From the NCBI GenBank assembly GCA_963827755.1, contig CAWHCQ010000021.1, forward strand, positions 105,428 through 169,427: a DNA stretch of 64,000 nucleotides, in the 5' to 3' direction. The position numbers and the translations under genes are program-made. Origin of the DNA: an uncultured Gammaproteobacteria bacterium (GTDB taxonomy: Bacteria > Pseudomonadota > Gammaproteobacteria > UBA9214). How positions within the stretch are numbered: position 1 is the first letter of the stretch; every line of letters starts with the position of its first letter. Below are positions 25,168 through 36,499 of this stretch, in pieces. The notes under the pieces were generated by a model. The model saw only the letters and a program-made list of their open reading frames with translations, searched no databases and was not told where the DNA came from.

Positions 25168-25437
25168 GTGACAATTGATTCAATGTTTTACTGCATTCCC
25201 CAGCAAGCCTATCTGAGTATCAGTACCTGCAAAAACCTGCGCGCGCGGCCGGTCGGCAAGGCGCCGGCTGGCGCCCCGCCAAAACTGATTGCCTGTGAGA
25301 AGTGCACCATGCACCCGTTGGTCGATATGTCAAAGATTCCAACGGTTACGCTGGAATCCTACCTCGGTGGCACCCGGCCGAAGACGGCTAACCTGAATTC
25401 ACCGAAAAATCGCAAGCTGCTGGCAGATGTAGCCTGA
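25168..25437 (+). CDS. Small Cys-containing hypothetical protein
   Basis: AAGGAG RBS, upstream TGGTATAAT extended -10, four Cys including CEKC. Confidence 0.65.
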   Translation: MTIDSMFYCIPQQAYLSISTCKNLRARPVGKAPAGAPPKLIACEKCTMHPLVDMSKIPTVTLESYLGGTRPKTANLNSPKNRKLLADVA

Positions 25438-25457
25438 AACTGGCCGGCACCTGATCC

Positions 25458-25874
25458 CTAGTCGATGGGGTCCTGCCACTTGACACGGTTACTCTTGCGC
25501 CGGTCCCTTTGTTCGCGGCGCTCGCTGTGGTCCGCTTCAAAGCGGACAGCCGTCCTGGGGTCAGCTCCCTGGCGGCGTTCCTGGTAGCGCCGGTTATTCA
25601 AGCCGGCATACACACAACTGCAGCGCAGCGCCCTGCACCCCTCAACCGGCAGTTCGGGGACGTTTTCAAGCTCATAAAAGCTGCCGGTAAAACGGCGTAC
25701 GGCCTTGCAGTTGCCGTTGCGAATGGTAATGCCGCGGTAGCGTTTACTGCGGCGCAGTTTTTCCAGGGAGGCCGCCTTTTTCCTGCGCTGATATGTACCC
25801 GTACAGCTCCAGGCGAACCATGCCAGCCCGGCCAGCGGTATGCCAAGAATCAGCAGTGTGACAATATCCGGCAT
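25458..25874 (-). CDS. Membrane-anchored hypothetical protein with Cys cluster and ERR/DRR repeats
   Basis: N-terminal TM, PELPVEGCRALRCSCVY, Arg-rich tail. Confidence 0.7.
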   Translation of the reverse strand: MPDIVTLLILGIPLAGLAWFAWSCTGTYQRRKKAASLEKLRRSKRYRGITIRNGNCKAVRRFTGSFYELENVPELPVEGCRALRCSCVYAGLNNRRYQERRQGADPRTAVRFEADHSERREQRDRRKSNRVKWQDPID

Positions 25875-26001
25875 GGCTTTCTCCCTGTTCTGCAATATGC
25901 AGCAGCGCACGGTCTGCATTGATGTTATGCGCCAGCACCGGTGCAATAATACCACCCCATCGGAAGGGGGTGCGCCCTTCTTTTTGGTAGAATCCCTGCC
26001 C

Positions 26002-28175
26002 ATGGATGTTTCCCGGATTATTGAATCACTCAACGACGCCCAGCGGGAAGCGGTGTGTGCCCCGCCAGATCCCTTGCTGGTACTCGCCGGTGCCGGCAGC
26101 GGCAAGACCCGGGTGCTGGTACACCGGATTGCCTGGATGGTTGACGTCGAAGGCCTGTCGCCTTACTCGATTCTTGCCGTGACCTTCACCAACAAGGCGG
26201 CCGCTGAAATGCGCGGCCGGATTGAACACCTGATCGATAGCACCGGCGACCGGTATGTGGGTGGGCACCTTTCACGGGCTGGCACACCGGCTGTTGCGCA
26301 GGCACTGGCAGGAAGCCGGGCTGCCGCAGGCCTTCCAGATACTCGATTCCCAGGACCAGTTGCGGCTGGTGCGCAGGGTGATCAACGGCATGGAACTGGA
26401 CGAGGACAAGTGGCCGGCGAAACAGCTGCAATGGTTTATCAACGGCTGCAAGGATGAAGGCCGGCGGCCACAGCATATCGAGCACCGCAACGATCCGTAC
26501 CTGAAGCGACAGCTGGAAATCTACCAGGCCTATGAAAACCTCTGCCAGCGTTCAGGGCTGGTCGACTTTGCCGAGTTGCTGCTGCGCTCACATGAACTGT
26601 GGCTGCAACAGCCGCAACTGCTGGCGCATTACCGGGAGCGCTTCAATCACCTGCTGGTGGACGAGTTCCAGGATACCAACACCATCCAGTACGCCTGGCT
26701 GCGTATGCTCGCGGGGGACAGCGGGCGAATTACCGTTGTCGGCGATGATGACCAGTCGATCTACGGCTGGCGTGGTGCGAAAGGTGGAAAACATCCTCAG
26801 CTTCCAGAAGGATTTCGGGGATACGCGCGTCATCCGCCTGGAACAGAACTACCGCTCGACTTCAACGATACTGAAGGCCGCCAATGCCGTTATCGAAAAC
26901 AATACCGGGCGCATGGGCAAGGAGTTGTGGACCGAAGGCAATGAAGGCGTGCCGATCCAGCTCTATACCGCCTACAACGAACAGGATGAAGCGCGCTTTG
27001 TCACCGACCGCATCGAGGACCATGTCGACAAGGGTAATCCGCGTGCCGATATTGCGATTCTTTATCGCTCCAATGCGCAGTCACGTGTCTTTGAGGAACG
27101 CCTGGTACAGTGCGGCATCCCGTACCGGGTCTATGGCGGCTTGCGTTTCTTCGAGCGCGCCGAGATCAAGGACGCGCTGGCCTACCTGCGGCTCTGCAGC
27201 AACCGCAATGACGATGCATCTTTCGAGCGTATCGTGAATCATCCGCCGCGCGGCATCGGCGGCAGGACGCTGGATGCCGTGCGCATGCAGGCGAGGCAGG
27301 ACAGCCAGTCCCTGTGGGCTGCGACAATTACCGTGGTCAACGAGAAGCTGGTATCGGCACGCGCCTGTAATGCATTGCTGGCTTTTCTGAAAATGATCGA
27401 TGAAATGTCCGCGGGCCTTGGCGCGTTGCCGCTGGGCGAACAGGTGGAACAGGTCATGCATCCAAGCGGACTGGTCGATCATTTTACGAAGGATAAGGGT
27501 GAAAGGGGCCAGTCGCGTATCGAGAACCTGCAGGAACTGGTGAACGCCGCGCGCCAGTATGAATCCGATCCCGACAGTGACATGGACCCGATGTCCGAAT
27601 TTCTCTCCCATGCGGCCCTGGAGGCCGGCGAGGGCCAGGCGGATGCCTGGGAGGACTGCGTGCAGTTGATGACACTGCATTCTGCCAAGGGGCTGGAATT
27701 CCCGATCATCTTTCTCTGCGGCATGGAAGAGGGCCTGTTTCCGCATCAGCGTTCGGTGCAGGAGCCCGGGCGCCTGGAAGAAGAGCGTCGGCTTTGTTAC
27801 GTCGGCATAACCCGCGCACGCGAGCAGGTGATCCTGACCTGTGCCGAACGGCGGCGCCTGTACGGCTCCGAGACCTACAGCCTGCCGTCGCGTTTCATTG
27901 ACGAGATACCGAAACAGCTGATTCACGAGGTGCGCCCGCGCCCGGGGATCAGCTCGACCAGGGCCATGCCTTCGGCCAATGCGAATGTTTATCCCGATGC
28001 AGACGATACGGGCCTGCACCTGGGCCAGCATGTGCGGCACAGCAAGTTCGGTGATGGCGTGGTCATGAACTGTGAAGGCCAGGGCAGTAATGCACGTGTG
28101 CAGGTCAATTTTTCACGCGCTGGCACCAAGTGGCTGGTCCTGGCGTATGCCAACCTGGAAAGCCTTGGCGTTTGA
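26002..28175 (+). CDS. uvrD: DNA helicase II (frameshifts near 26245 and 26780)
   Basis: AGAGSGKT, VDEFQDTN, LEQNYRST, TLHSAKGLEF, KWLVLAYANL. Confidence 0.96.
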
Positions 28176-28229
28176 AGGAAGTCTTTTCGGGGAGGCGTTG
28201 AAGATGGTTGGCGTGCAACTCTGAATAAC

Positions 28230-29168
28230 ATGTTCAATAAAAATGTCCGTTTATGGATCTACGGCGTTTTTCTTGCAGTAGGCTCCGTACTCTTGTTCAT
28301 GGGCGGCCCCGATTATTACTCATCCAGATCATTCAGGAATTTCTGGGATATCGGTCATATTGTCTATTTTGCGCTATTAGCTGGCCTGTTATCTCGATGG
28401 ACTCTTGTCTCCCGAATGTCCCTCGCATGGCAGTGGACCTTTATTCTCGTTATTACACTTTTGCTGGGTATCGCGATCGAGCTCATGCAACATGGTACTG
28501 CGCGCATTCCGGACACAGGCGATGTGCTCCGCGACCTGACCGGCAGCCTTCTGGTGCTGGTTTTTGGTTCCCTGGGAGCGAAAGTACAACCTGTCAGCCG
28601 GAGGCTTTCCCTGCAGTCTGGTGTGTTGATGCTCATGCTGGTCCAGTTATGGCCTGTGACCAAAAGCCTGATTGACGAAACAATTGCACGGCATCAGTTC
28701 CCGCTCTTGTCTGGTTTTGAAACACCGTTCGAAATCGATCGCTGGGCAGGCAGTGCCGGGCTGTCTGTCGAAACCATGGCTTCTATCTCTCAAGGCAAGC
28801 TGCTGAAACTGTCGCTGGGGACGGATCAATATTCAGGAGCGGCACTCAGCTACTTTAATGGTAACTGGGCATCTGCCCGCTCATTGAAAATCAGTCTCTA
28901 CAATCCCGATGCAAGCCCGCTACATATTACTTGCAGGATTCATGATCTCCGGCATGCCGATGGTAATGAGGAATATGACGACCGTTTCAACAGCAGCTTC
29001 CTCCTGATGCAGGGTTGGAGCCATATAGAAATAGATCTGGACGAAGTGGAAGAAAGCCCTGCAAGTCGCAGCATGGATATGAGCCGCATTCGGGGGCTTG
29101 GAGTTTTTGTCGTGTCACTGCCCGCACCCAGGATTCTCTACCTCGATGAAATACGACTCCTTTATTGA
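28230..29168 (+). CDS. VanZ-family membrane protein with C-terminal beta-sandwich domain
   Basis: GHIVYFA...IELMQ...R...GDVLRDLTG VanZ-like pattern. Confidence 0.7.
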   Translation: MFNKNVRLWIYGVFLAVGSVLLFMGGPDYYSSRSFRNFWDIGHIVYFALLAGLLSRWTLVSRMSLAWQWTFILVITLLLGIAIELMQHGTARIPDTGDVLRDLTGSLLVLVFGSLGAKVQPVSRRLSLQSGVLMLMLVQLWPVTKSLIDETIARHQFPLLSGFETPFEIDRWAGSAGLSVETMASISQGKLLKLSLGTDQYSGAALSYFNGNWASARSLKISLYNPDASPLHITCRIHDLRHADGNEEYDDRFNSSFLLMQGWSHIEIDLDEVEESPASRSMDMSRIRGLGVFVVSLPAPRILYLDEIRLLY

Positions 29169-29354
29169 GCGTTAGGAATCCAGGTCGCGGCAGATGCGGT
29201 GGACATGCGTTGTTGCGAGCGGAAAAGGCACAGCTGCCAGGCGAAGTGCCGCTCCGCCGCAGGTCAGGTGACCTGGGCCCGGGAAACGCATCCGGTTCGT
29301 GCTACGCTTTAGCATGTATTCAGGCAAACCTGCACACCCCGAAGGAGAATCTTC

Positions 29355-29795
29355 ATGGCCGTCTATTCCAATATACTGATCGCCGTAGACTTCACTCCTG
29401 CCACGGATGCTGTCACGCGGCAGGCAATGGATCTGGGCCGTGCCTTCAAGGCGCGGCTCAGCCTGGTGCATGTGGTTGAATTCGTGCCGCTGGACCTGTC
29501 CAACGACCTGGTTCTGCCGCAGGAGGTGGAGATCGACCAGGAACTGGTGAAGATGGCCGGGCAGCGTCTGCAGGCGCTGGCAGAAACACTGGGTGTCGAT
29601 CAGTCAGCCTGTTTTGTCAGCCAGGGCAGTACCCGGCGCGAGATCATTCACCTGGCCAAAGAGCGGGATGTGGATCTAATCGTCATCGGCAGTCACGGCA
29701 GGGAGGGAATCCAGCGGCTGCTTGGCTCAACGGCCAACGCTGTCCTGCATGGAGCACCCTGCGACGTGCTCGCGGTGCGGATAAAGGACGAATAG
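29355..29795 (+). CDS. Universal stress protein
   Basis: YSNILIAVD, LIVIGSHG...LLGSTANAVL. Confidence 0.95.
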   Translation: MAVYSNILIAVDFTPATDAVTRQAMDLGRAFKARLSLVHVVEFVPLDLSNDLVLPQEVEIDQELVKMAGQRLQALAETLGVDQSACFVSQGSTRREIIHLAKERDVDLIVIGSHGREGIQRLLGSTANAVLHGAPCDVLAVRIKDE

Positions 29796-29975
29796 TGTGC
29801 CAGGGCAGCAAGATCGCCCGCATCAAGGCGCGCAGGTCCGGATTACTCCTGTGCCGTTTGGTGAAACCATTTCCTGGTGCGAAGGCAATGCAACCGGAGA
29901 TGTAACTGCCAGGCGTCGCAACGGTCGGCATTCCTGCATCAACACTCACTGCTTTGCTTAAGGGCAAGACAATAA

Positions 29976-30007
29976 AAAAGGGGTCCGTGTCGACACGGAC
30001 CCCTTTT
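29976..30007. terminator. Bidirectional rho-independent terminator
   Basis: 32-bp perfect palindrome AAAAGGGGTCCGTGTCGACACGGACCCCTTTT between convergent genes. Confidence 0.85.
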
Positions 30008-30020
30008 ATGTGCAGGCAGA

Positions 30021-31199
30021 CTAGCCGCGGCTTATTTTTGCCGCCCAGTTGTCTGCAACGGCCTTGGCTGCGTCCCTGCCACCGAGACCGAAGGCGAGCG
30101 CTGCTGCAACCGCTACACTGCCGATGGTGAAGCCAAAGGCCATGGTGACGATATTGTCGGCGAGACCCATCGCCTTCAGGCCCATCGCCAGGACGAGGCC
30201 GAGTATTGCGATTCTTGCAATATTGGCAACGCCGCTGTTGCCGTGGCCAGACAGCTTGTTGTAGGCAATGGTGCTGAGGAAGTTGCCGATGATCAGGATC
30301 AGGCCGCCAACCAGCAGCCCGCCGCCGAATTGCAGAACTTTGGCGAACACCTCGGAGATGATTTCAATTCCCAGGATATTCACGGCAGCCGTCGCTGCGG
30401 CCACCATCGAGAAAAACATGATCGCGCCGCCGACAAGGCTCGTGGGCGTGAATGACTCCGTGAACATGCCCTGTATACCCATTTTCTGTGGCAGTGCATT
30501 GATGTTCATGCCTTCGAGGAGTCCGCTAAGGATGAAGATAACGAACTTCGCGACGAAGAAGACCACCAGCAGGATGATGGCTGCGCCAATGATGTTGGGC
30601 ACCGCGGCCATCAATTTCTGGATCATGGCGGATGCCGGGTCCGAGATTGCCGGAATATTCAGCACGCCGAGGGCGGAAACCACGATGGGCAGCAGGATTA
30701 TCGCGAACAGCAGCGCGCTGCCGAATTTTGAGATCTTGATATCCTTGTTCCCGGTGCGCTCTGCCAGCTGCTCGTCCACCTTGCCGAGTCCGACGCCCGC
30801 CAGCTGGGAGACGATTTTTGCTATGACCCAGCCTGCGTAAGCGATGACGCCGGCACCGATGACGTTTGGTATCGCTGATGTAAACTTGCTCACCATGTCC
30901 TTCAAGGGTTCCAGCACGTCGGTCAGGCCGAAATGCTGCAGCACTGCCATGAGTACAAAGATGGTCAGCACTGCCTTGACCAGGGACGCGATCGGCGATG
31001 CCAGGTCCGTGACCGAACCATCATCGTTGGTGCGATGCAGCATCGAAACCTTTGTCAGCATTCGCTTGAAGACGCCGACGATTAACTTGACGATAAAAAG
31101 ACCGATAACAAGAATTGCCAGGCCGATCAATGCATGACCGAGCGCACCGGAGCCCGACGAACCCAGGACCCCGGTTATTTTGCTGATAATTTCATTCAT
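30021..31199 (-). CDS. CmpX-like TM-helix-repeat membrane protein (mechanosensitive-channel related)
   Basis: Repeated IPNVIGA/VPNIIGA units; ALAFGLGGRDAA. Confidence 0.8.
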   Translation of the reverse strand: MNEIISKITGVLGSSGSGALGHALIGLAILVIGLFIVKLIVGVFKRMLTKVSMLHRTNDDGSVTDLASPIASLVKAVLTIFVLMAVLQHFGLTDVLEPLKDMVSKFTSAIPNVIGAGVIAYAGWVIAKIVSQLAGVGLGKVDEQLAERTGNKDIKISKFGSALLFAIILLPIVVSALGVLNIPAISDPASAMIQKLMAAVPNIIGAAIILLVVFFVAKFVIFILSGLLEGMNINALPQKMGIQGMFTESFTPTSLVGGAIMFFSMVAAATAAVNILGIEIISEVFAKVLQFGGGLLVGGLILIIGNFLSTIAYNKLSGHGNSGVANIARIAILGLVLAMGLKAMGLADNIVTMAFGFTIGSVAVAAALAFGLGGRDAAKAVADNWAAKISRG

Positions 31200-31361
31200 A
31201 ATGTATTGACTCCCGTTGTATGTGTACTACTTGTGTTTGTTCACCCTGTATCTTAATCATAATGTGGTGCGCAATGAATGCATGAATTGTTACATATTGT
31301 TTCCTGGCAGGCAGAAACCCCGTATTCCCGGTCTTTCGGGCTTGTGACTGATAGCCGCTTG

Positions 31362-32012
31362 CTAGCGCAGGAAAGAAATCATTTCCTCGCCGCGAGTCTC
31401 CTCATTCAGGTTTTTCCGGTATGGCGTAACTTTTGCAATCATGCTGAGATGTGGGTGATGAAAATAATATACGTGGTCGCCATCGACCCGCTGCTTCCTG
31501 ATTAATTGCTGAATCGGACGTTTGGGTAATGAATCATCCGGGATTTTGCTGGACATCAGCAGAACGTCAATATCAAGGTACAGGTCGTGCTCCATCTCAA
31601 GTTTTACGCTCCCGGCGATGCTTTTGCTCTGGCTGTTAACCATAGACTCGAGCGGGTAGGGGACTGAATTGCTGCTATCGTATGCGAGTTGCCGCCATGC
31701 GCGATGAAGCAGGACATTGTAATCACTCGATTCTTCAAGTGATTCGGAGATGTTCTTGAGCTGGTAGAACTTGTATGCGAGCTCGGTGAATTCACCTTCC
31801 GGAAAGGCGCGCTCACTGACAGGCAATTTTTTTGCTCCGTTTATGTTCGTATTTTCAACGCTGGTATTGTTTTTGTTGTTCAGGAATACGATGATTTCGA
31901 CGTCATAGATCGGCGGATAGCCGGCATCTGCTGCCTGCAGGAACAGCATCGCAAGCAATATAAATGTTCCCGGTAATCCGATATTGCGTTTCAAACTGAC
32001 TGCCTGAATCAT
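31362..32012 (-). CDS. CsiV-like periplasmic protein
   Basis: Signal peptide, YDVEIIVF, YNVLLHRAWRQ, YYFHHPHL. Confidence 0.7.
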   Translation of the reverse strand: MIQAVSLKRNIGLPGTFILLAMLFLQAADAGYPPIYDVEIIVFLNNKNNTSVENTNINGAKKLPVSERAFPEGEFTELAYKFYQLKNISESLEESSDYNVLLHRAWRQLAYDSSNSVPYPLESMVNSQSKSIAGSVKLEMEHDLYLDIDVLLMSSKIPDDSLPKRPIQQLIRKQRVDGDHVYYFHHPHLSMIAKVTPYRKNLNEETRGEEMISFLR

Positions 32013-32116
32013 GGTTTAAGCCCCCTGGTTTCTGTGTCGAATTTCAGTCCTGAAGTAATACGCGATGTCATGAACTCATCAATAAACCAGTGCACAGACT
32101 GTGCGCAAGGTCATGT

Positions 32117-34990
32117 TTAATTCGGCAGTACTGCGACTTCGGAAAGTGTTTCCTGCAGGACAAACAGGGCCGGTACTGTATTCGGCCGGCCGATGTGGTT
32201 GCCCTGTGCACGGTCGATTCCCATTTCCCTGAGGATGACCAGTGTCTCTGCATTTTCAACGCATTCCGCAACAGTCTTCTTGCCAAGTGCATGTGCGACC
32301 TGGTTCATGGACTCGACCATCGCCTGGTCAACAGAACTGTGCGCCAGGCCTTTAACAAATGAGCCATCGATCTTGAGCTTGTCCACAGCCAGGTGCTTCA
32401 GGTAGGCAAACGACGAAAAACCCGAGCCGAAATCATCGAGCGCAAACTGGCAGCCAATATCCTTTAATGCAGAGATAAATCTTTCGGCAGCGGCCAGGTT
32501 TGCAATCGCGGCAGTCTCGGTGATTTCAAATGTGATCCGGCCTGGATCCAGCTCGGTGGTGTTGAGCAAATCCTGTATCAGGGGCAGCAGGGTATGATCT
32601 TCAAAGGCCTTGCCGGACAGGTTGATGGAAAAATTGGCGTGTTGACCGCGGCGATGCATTTTGTCCAGTTGCAGGATGGCGCGCTTGACGATCCAGCGGT
32701 CGACGCTGTGGATCAGGCCAAAACGTTCTGCAGCAGGCATGAAGCCGCCCGGTAATATGACCTTGCCGTCATCGCAGACCATGCGTACCAGTACTTCATA
32801 ATCGAGTATCTCTCCGCTGGCGACCGAGACAATGGGCTGGAAAACCAGCTGGAATCGGTCGTGTTCAAGCATTTCACGCACCTGTGCCGCCCATTCCATG
32901 TCAGCTGCCATGCCGTCCTTGTCAAGGTCGGCAGGATTGTAGAGGTGTGCACGGTTGCGACCCTGCTGTTTCGCCATGTGACAGGCAAGGTCAGCATGTG
33001 AAAGGACTTCTTCGGCGGAGCATGTGCTGTCGTCTATCATTGCAACGCCGATGCTGCAGCTGATGTTGAACGACATGTCATTGTCGGCAAATTTGTAGTT
33101 ATCACAAAGGGTGCGGAAGTTATCGGCGGCACGCAACACATCCCCTTGTGTAATGTTGTAGAGTAATAGTGTGAATTCATCACCACCGAAGCGGGCCAGC
33201 AGGTCACCTTCACGAACATGGGCGGACAGCAGCGTGGCAATATCAACCAGCATGCGATCACCGGCTGCATGCCCGATGGTGTCATTGATGTACTTGAACT
33301 GGTCAAGATCAATATAAAACAGGGCACAGCTCGTGCCGCTGCGTGCAACGCGTGCCACTGATCGCTCGAGTTCTTCCTGAAAATATTTCCGGTTGAACAT
33401 TCCTGTCAGTGGATCATGATCAGCATGGTAAGAAAGCTGGTGCTGAAAAGCTTTCTGTTCCGTGATGTCACGCGCCATGCCACTTATATGAATAACCCTT
33501 CCCATTTGATCCTTGTGAGACTTGGCGCTGATGCTGAGGAAATGCGGTTTGCCTTCATCGTCGAGGTGTACGGTTTCAAACTGCACAGCGTCTGCGCCGC
33601 GCATCAGTGACTCGATTGCCTCCCGGTCGTTCGGCGGATGATCCGGTGAGCGAAACTCGTGCAGGTAACGCTGCAGCATTTTGTCCGGGCCATAGCCATA
33701 GATACCCTGGCAGGCGCGATTCACATACGTCAGGTGACCCCGGGAGTCCATGGTCCACACCATGTCATGCGCTGTTTCAACCAGGTCCCGGTAGCGGCTT
33801 TCTGCCTCGCGCAGGCGTAACTCGATTTCCCTGCGTTGGGTAATATCAGCGACCAGGCAGGTGAACATGTGTTGCTGCCCGATTTTCATATCGCTGATGC
33901 GTACAGAAATTTTCATTGCCGTGCCATTGCGATGACTGGCTTCAATTTCGCGTGCTGATGCTGTTGCCTGTATCGCGCCGTTGACATCTGCGATTTCAGG
34001 CAACAGTTGCTGCAACGGACGCTGATGAATTTCACTCGCCTGGTAGCCGAATATTTTTTCTGCGGCGGGATTGAAGGTTTCTACCAGGCCGCTGGCGTTG
34101 ATGACGATAATGCCCTCGGCAGCGGTTTCCACCACGGCGCGCATATGTGATTCCTGTTCATCCAGTTTGCGGAATAATTTGCCAAGAGTATGGGTCATGA
34201 AGCCGATCTCGTCGGTTGACTGCGGCTGCAGCTTCGCCAGTTCTTCGTTTAACGAGGCGCCGTTGCTCATCAGCAGGGCCTGTATCGGCTCCAGTGCCTG
34301 GGTCATGCTGCGTACCGAGAACAGTGTGATGATGCCCGTGATACACACCAGCATCAGCCAGATGGCCATGTGGCCGGGTGTCAGCATGCCGGTCTGCAGC
34401 CACTGGTAATTCATCAGCAGGGTGTAGGACAGCAGCGGGACGAAACCGACCAGCAGCAGTATTTTCGATTTCAGGCTGACCTGGATCTTCAGCAGTGTCA
34501 GGTGGCCGGCCAGTTTGCCAATCTGGTCGAGTGCCAGCTGGTAGGTTGGCAGTCCCACCAGGGTGCCGACCGAGAGTTGCAGCAGCATCAGCTGGAAGAA
34601 TGGCCCGGGAGCCGTGGCGATGGGTATGCCTGCCGCCAGGAAAAACACCGCGGGCGTGACCAGTGCATAGAAAAGGCAGTAGCACCAGTAATCCCGCGTG
34701 AAACGCGCCAGGTGTTGCTGCTCCAGGTCCGGGAGTTCGGCATCCAGCGGGCCATCACCGAGGACGTCAGGCAAGTTCTTGAAATAACTATAGAAATTAA
34801 TATAGGCCAGCGACATGACCAGCAGCACAAAGCCAGCCAGGATGATGAGGGTGTCCGTGTTGTACAGGTCCTGGCGGGTAATGAGCCCAAACAGCAGGGC
34901 GGTGGATAATCCGGCCAGGGGGGCGAGCAGCAAACCTAGACTAATCAGCGAGATAAAGCGCCTGCGGATGATCTTGAGATCACTTAGCAT
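32117..34990 (-). CDS. Membrane PAS-PAS-GGDEF-EAL protein
   Basis: TM N-terminus, two PAS domains, intact GGDEF, EVL and DDFGSG. Confidence 0.93.
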   Translation of the reverse strand: MLSDLKIIRRRFISLISLGLLLAPLAGLSTALLFGLITRQDLYNTDTLIILAGFVLLVMSLAYINFYSYFKNLPDVLGDGPLDAELPDLEQQHLARFTRDYWCYCLFYALVTPAVFFLAAGIPIATAPGPFFQLMLLQLSVGTLVGLPTYQLALDQIGKLAGHLTLLKIQVSLKSKILLLVGFVPLLSYTLLMNYQWLQTGMLTPGHMAIWLMLVCITGIITLFSVRSMTQALEPIQALLMSNGASLNEELAKLQPQSTDEIGFMTHTLGKLFRKLDEQESHMRAVVETAAEGIIVINASGLVETFNPAAEKIFGYQASEIHQRPLQQLLPEIADVNGAIQATASAREIEASHRNGTAMKISVRISDMKIGQQHMFTCLVADITQRREIELRLREAESRYRDLVETAHDMVWTMDSRGHLTYVNRACQGIYGYGPDKMLQRYLHEFRSPDHPPNDREAIESLMRGADAVQFETVHLDDEGKPHFLSISAKSHKDQMGRVIHISGMARDITEQKAFQHQLSYHADHDPLTGMFNRKYFQEELERSVARVARSGTSCALFYIDLDQFKYINDTIGHAAGDRMLVDIATLLSAHVREGDLLARFGGDEFTLLLYNITQGDVLRAADNFRTLCDNYKFADNDMSFNISCSIGVAMIDDSTCSAEEVLSHADLACHMAKQQGRNRAHLYNPADLDKDGMAADMEWAAQVREMLEHDRFQLVFQPIVSVASGEILDYEVLVRMVCDDGKVILPGGFMPAAERFGLIHSVDRWIVKRAILQLDKMHRRGQHANFSINLSGKAFEDHTLLPLIQDLLNTTELDPGRITFEITETAAIANLAAAERFISALKDIGCQFALDDFGSGFSSFAYLKHLAVDKLKIDGSFVKGLAHSSVDQAMVESMNQVAHALGKKTVAECVENAETLVILREMGIDRAQGNHIGRPNTVPALFVLQETLSEVAVLPN

Positions 34991-35252
34991 GATCGTGTCC
35001 TGGACTCTCCTCGCATTGTTGCCCCGGTCTTGTAGCGTGAGTGCCTGTATTTATATTTTTAGAATTAGTGTGCTAGAACCGATATCGGATCCGTTCGCTG
35101 AATACTATGTCATAACTATGTGTAATATCAAGACTAGTTTCCGATATATAACGGACGGCACCGGGCGGCGAGTGAAGCCGGCCGGGGCCGGCGTTTGTTA
35201 CCGGGTTCCAACGTACAATGAGCGGCTTGATTGACGGCTGACAGGGATCGAT

Positions 35253-36362
35253 ATGAAAAGACGAAATTTTCTCGGCAAGGCCGGCGCCGGTGCGTTGCTG
35301 GCCGGTACGGCGTTGAGCGGTTGCGGCCAGGAGCAGACGGCTGCAACCGGCGCTGCCAAAGACGATCAGCAGACCTTCAGCTGGAAGATGGTGACGACCT
35401 GGCCCAAGAACTTTCCCGGGCTGGGTACCGGCGCCAACAATGTTGCGCGCCTGATTGGTGAAATGAGTGGCGGGCGTATCGAGGTCAGGGTTTACGGCGC
35501 GAAAGAACTGGTGCCGGCGTTCGAGGTGTTCGATGCCGTGTCAGCAGGCACCGCGGAAATGGGGCATGGTGCTGCCTATTACTGGAAGGGTAAGAGTGAG
35601 GCCGCACAGTTTTTCGCGGCGGTACCCTTTGGCATGAATGCGCAGGAGATGAACGCCTGGTTGTTTTACGGCGGTGGTATGGAATTGTGGCAGGAGGTGT
35701 ATGCACCGTTTGGCGTACTCCCGGCAGCTGCCGGTAATTCCGGTGTGCAGATGGGCGGCTGGTTCAACAAGGAGATCAATGACCTCGAAGATTTAAGTGG
35801 TTTGAAGATGCGCATTCCCGGACTGGGTGGCGAGGTGCTGAAACGTGCAGGCGGCACACCGGTACAGGTTGCCGGGGGTGAGATCTTCACTGCCCTGCAG
35901 TCCGGCGCTATCGATGCGACCGAATGGGTAGGGCCGTATAACGACCTGGCCTTTGGCCTGTACAAGGCGGCAGAATACTACTATTACCCGGGTTGGCATG
36001 AACCGGGCACCACGCTGGAATGCCTGATTAACCGGGCAGCCTTCGATGCCTTGCCTGCCGATCTGCAAAGTATTGTTATGAATGCCTGCCGGGTAGTGAA
36101 TGCAGACATGCTGTCGGAGTATACGGCGCGCAACAATATTGCACTGCAAACGCTGATTAGCGAACACGGCGTCGACGTCAGGGAATTCCCTGCAGAAGTG
36201 CTTGAGCGGTTGCGTGCGCTGTCAGAAGAGGTTGTCGCCGAGATAGCCGGCAAGGATGCATTGTCAGCCAGGGTATTCGAATCGTACCGGGGCTTTCAGA
36301 AGCAGGTGGTTGCCTGGCATGACATTTCGGAACGCGCCTATCTGAATGTACGCGCAGGCTAG
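35253..36362 (+). CDS. dctP: TRAP substrate-binding protein (TakP-like), Tat lipoprotein
   Basis: MKRRNFL, LSGC, WKMVTTWP, LKMRIPGLGG, EWVGPYND. Confidence 0.93.
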   Translation: MKRRNFLGKAGAGALLAGTALSGCGQEQTAATGAAKDDQQTFSWKMVTTWPKNFPGLGTGANNVARLIGEMSGGRIEVRVYGAKELVPAFEVFDAVSAGTAEMGHGAAYYWKGKSEAAQFFAAVPFGMNAQEMNAWLFYGGGMELWQEVYAPFGVLPAAAGNSGVQMGGWFNKEINDLEDLSGLKMRIPGLGGEVLKRAGGTPVQVAGGEIFTALQSGAIDATEWVGPYNDLAFGLYKAAEYYYYPGWHEPGTTLECLINRAAFDALPADLQSIVMNACRVVNADMLSEYTARNNIALQTLISEHGVDVREFPAEVLERLRALSEEVVAEIAGKDALSARVFESYRGFQKQVVAWHDISERAYLNVRAG

Positions 36363-36393
36363 ACGTTGCTGGTTAATTGGTTGCTGCAGGATG

Positions 36394-36459
36394 GGTGTAG
36401 GAGCGGATCTAATCCGCGATTGCTGATAAAAAGGTGCAGGAGCGGATCTAATCCGCGAT
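36394..36459 (+). repeat. Two direct GTAG-family REP copies
   Basis: GGTG(T/C)AGGAGCGGATCTAATCCGCGAT x2, one mismatch from the atpG-atpD REP arm in the first copy. Confidence 0.8.
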
Positions 36460-36499
36460 ACGATGCCTGGAAATTCCGCAGAAGAACCGTTTTGAACAA

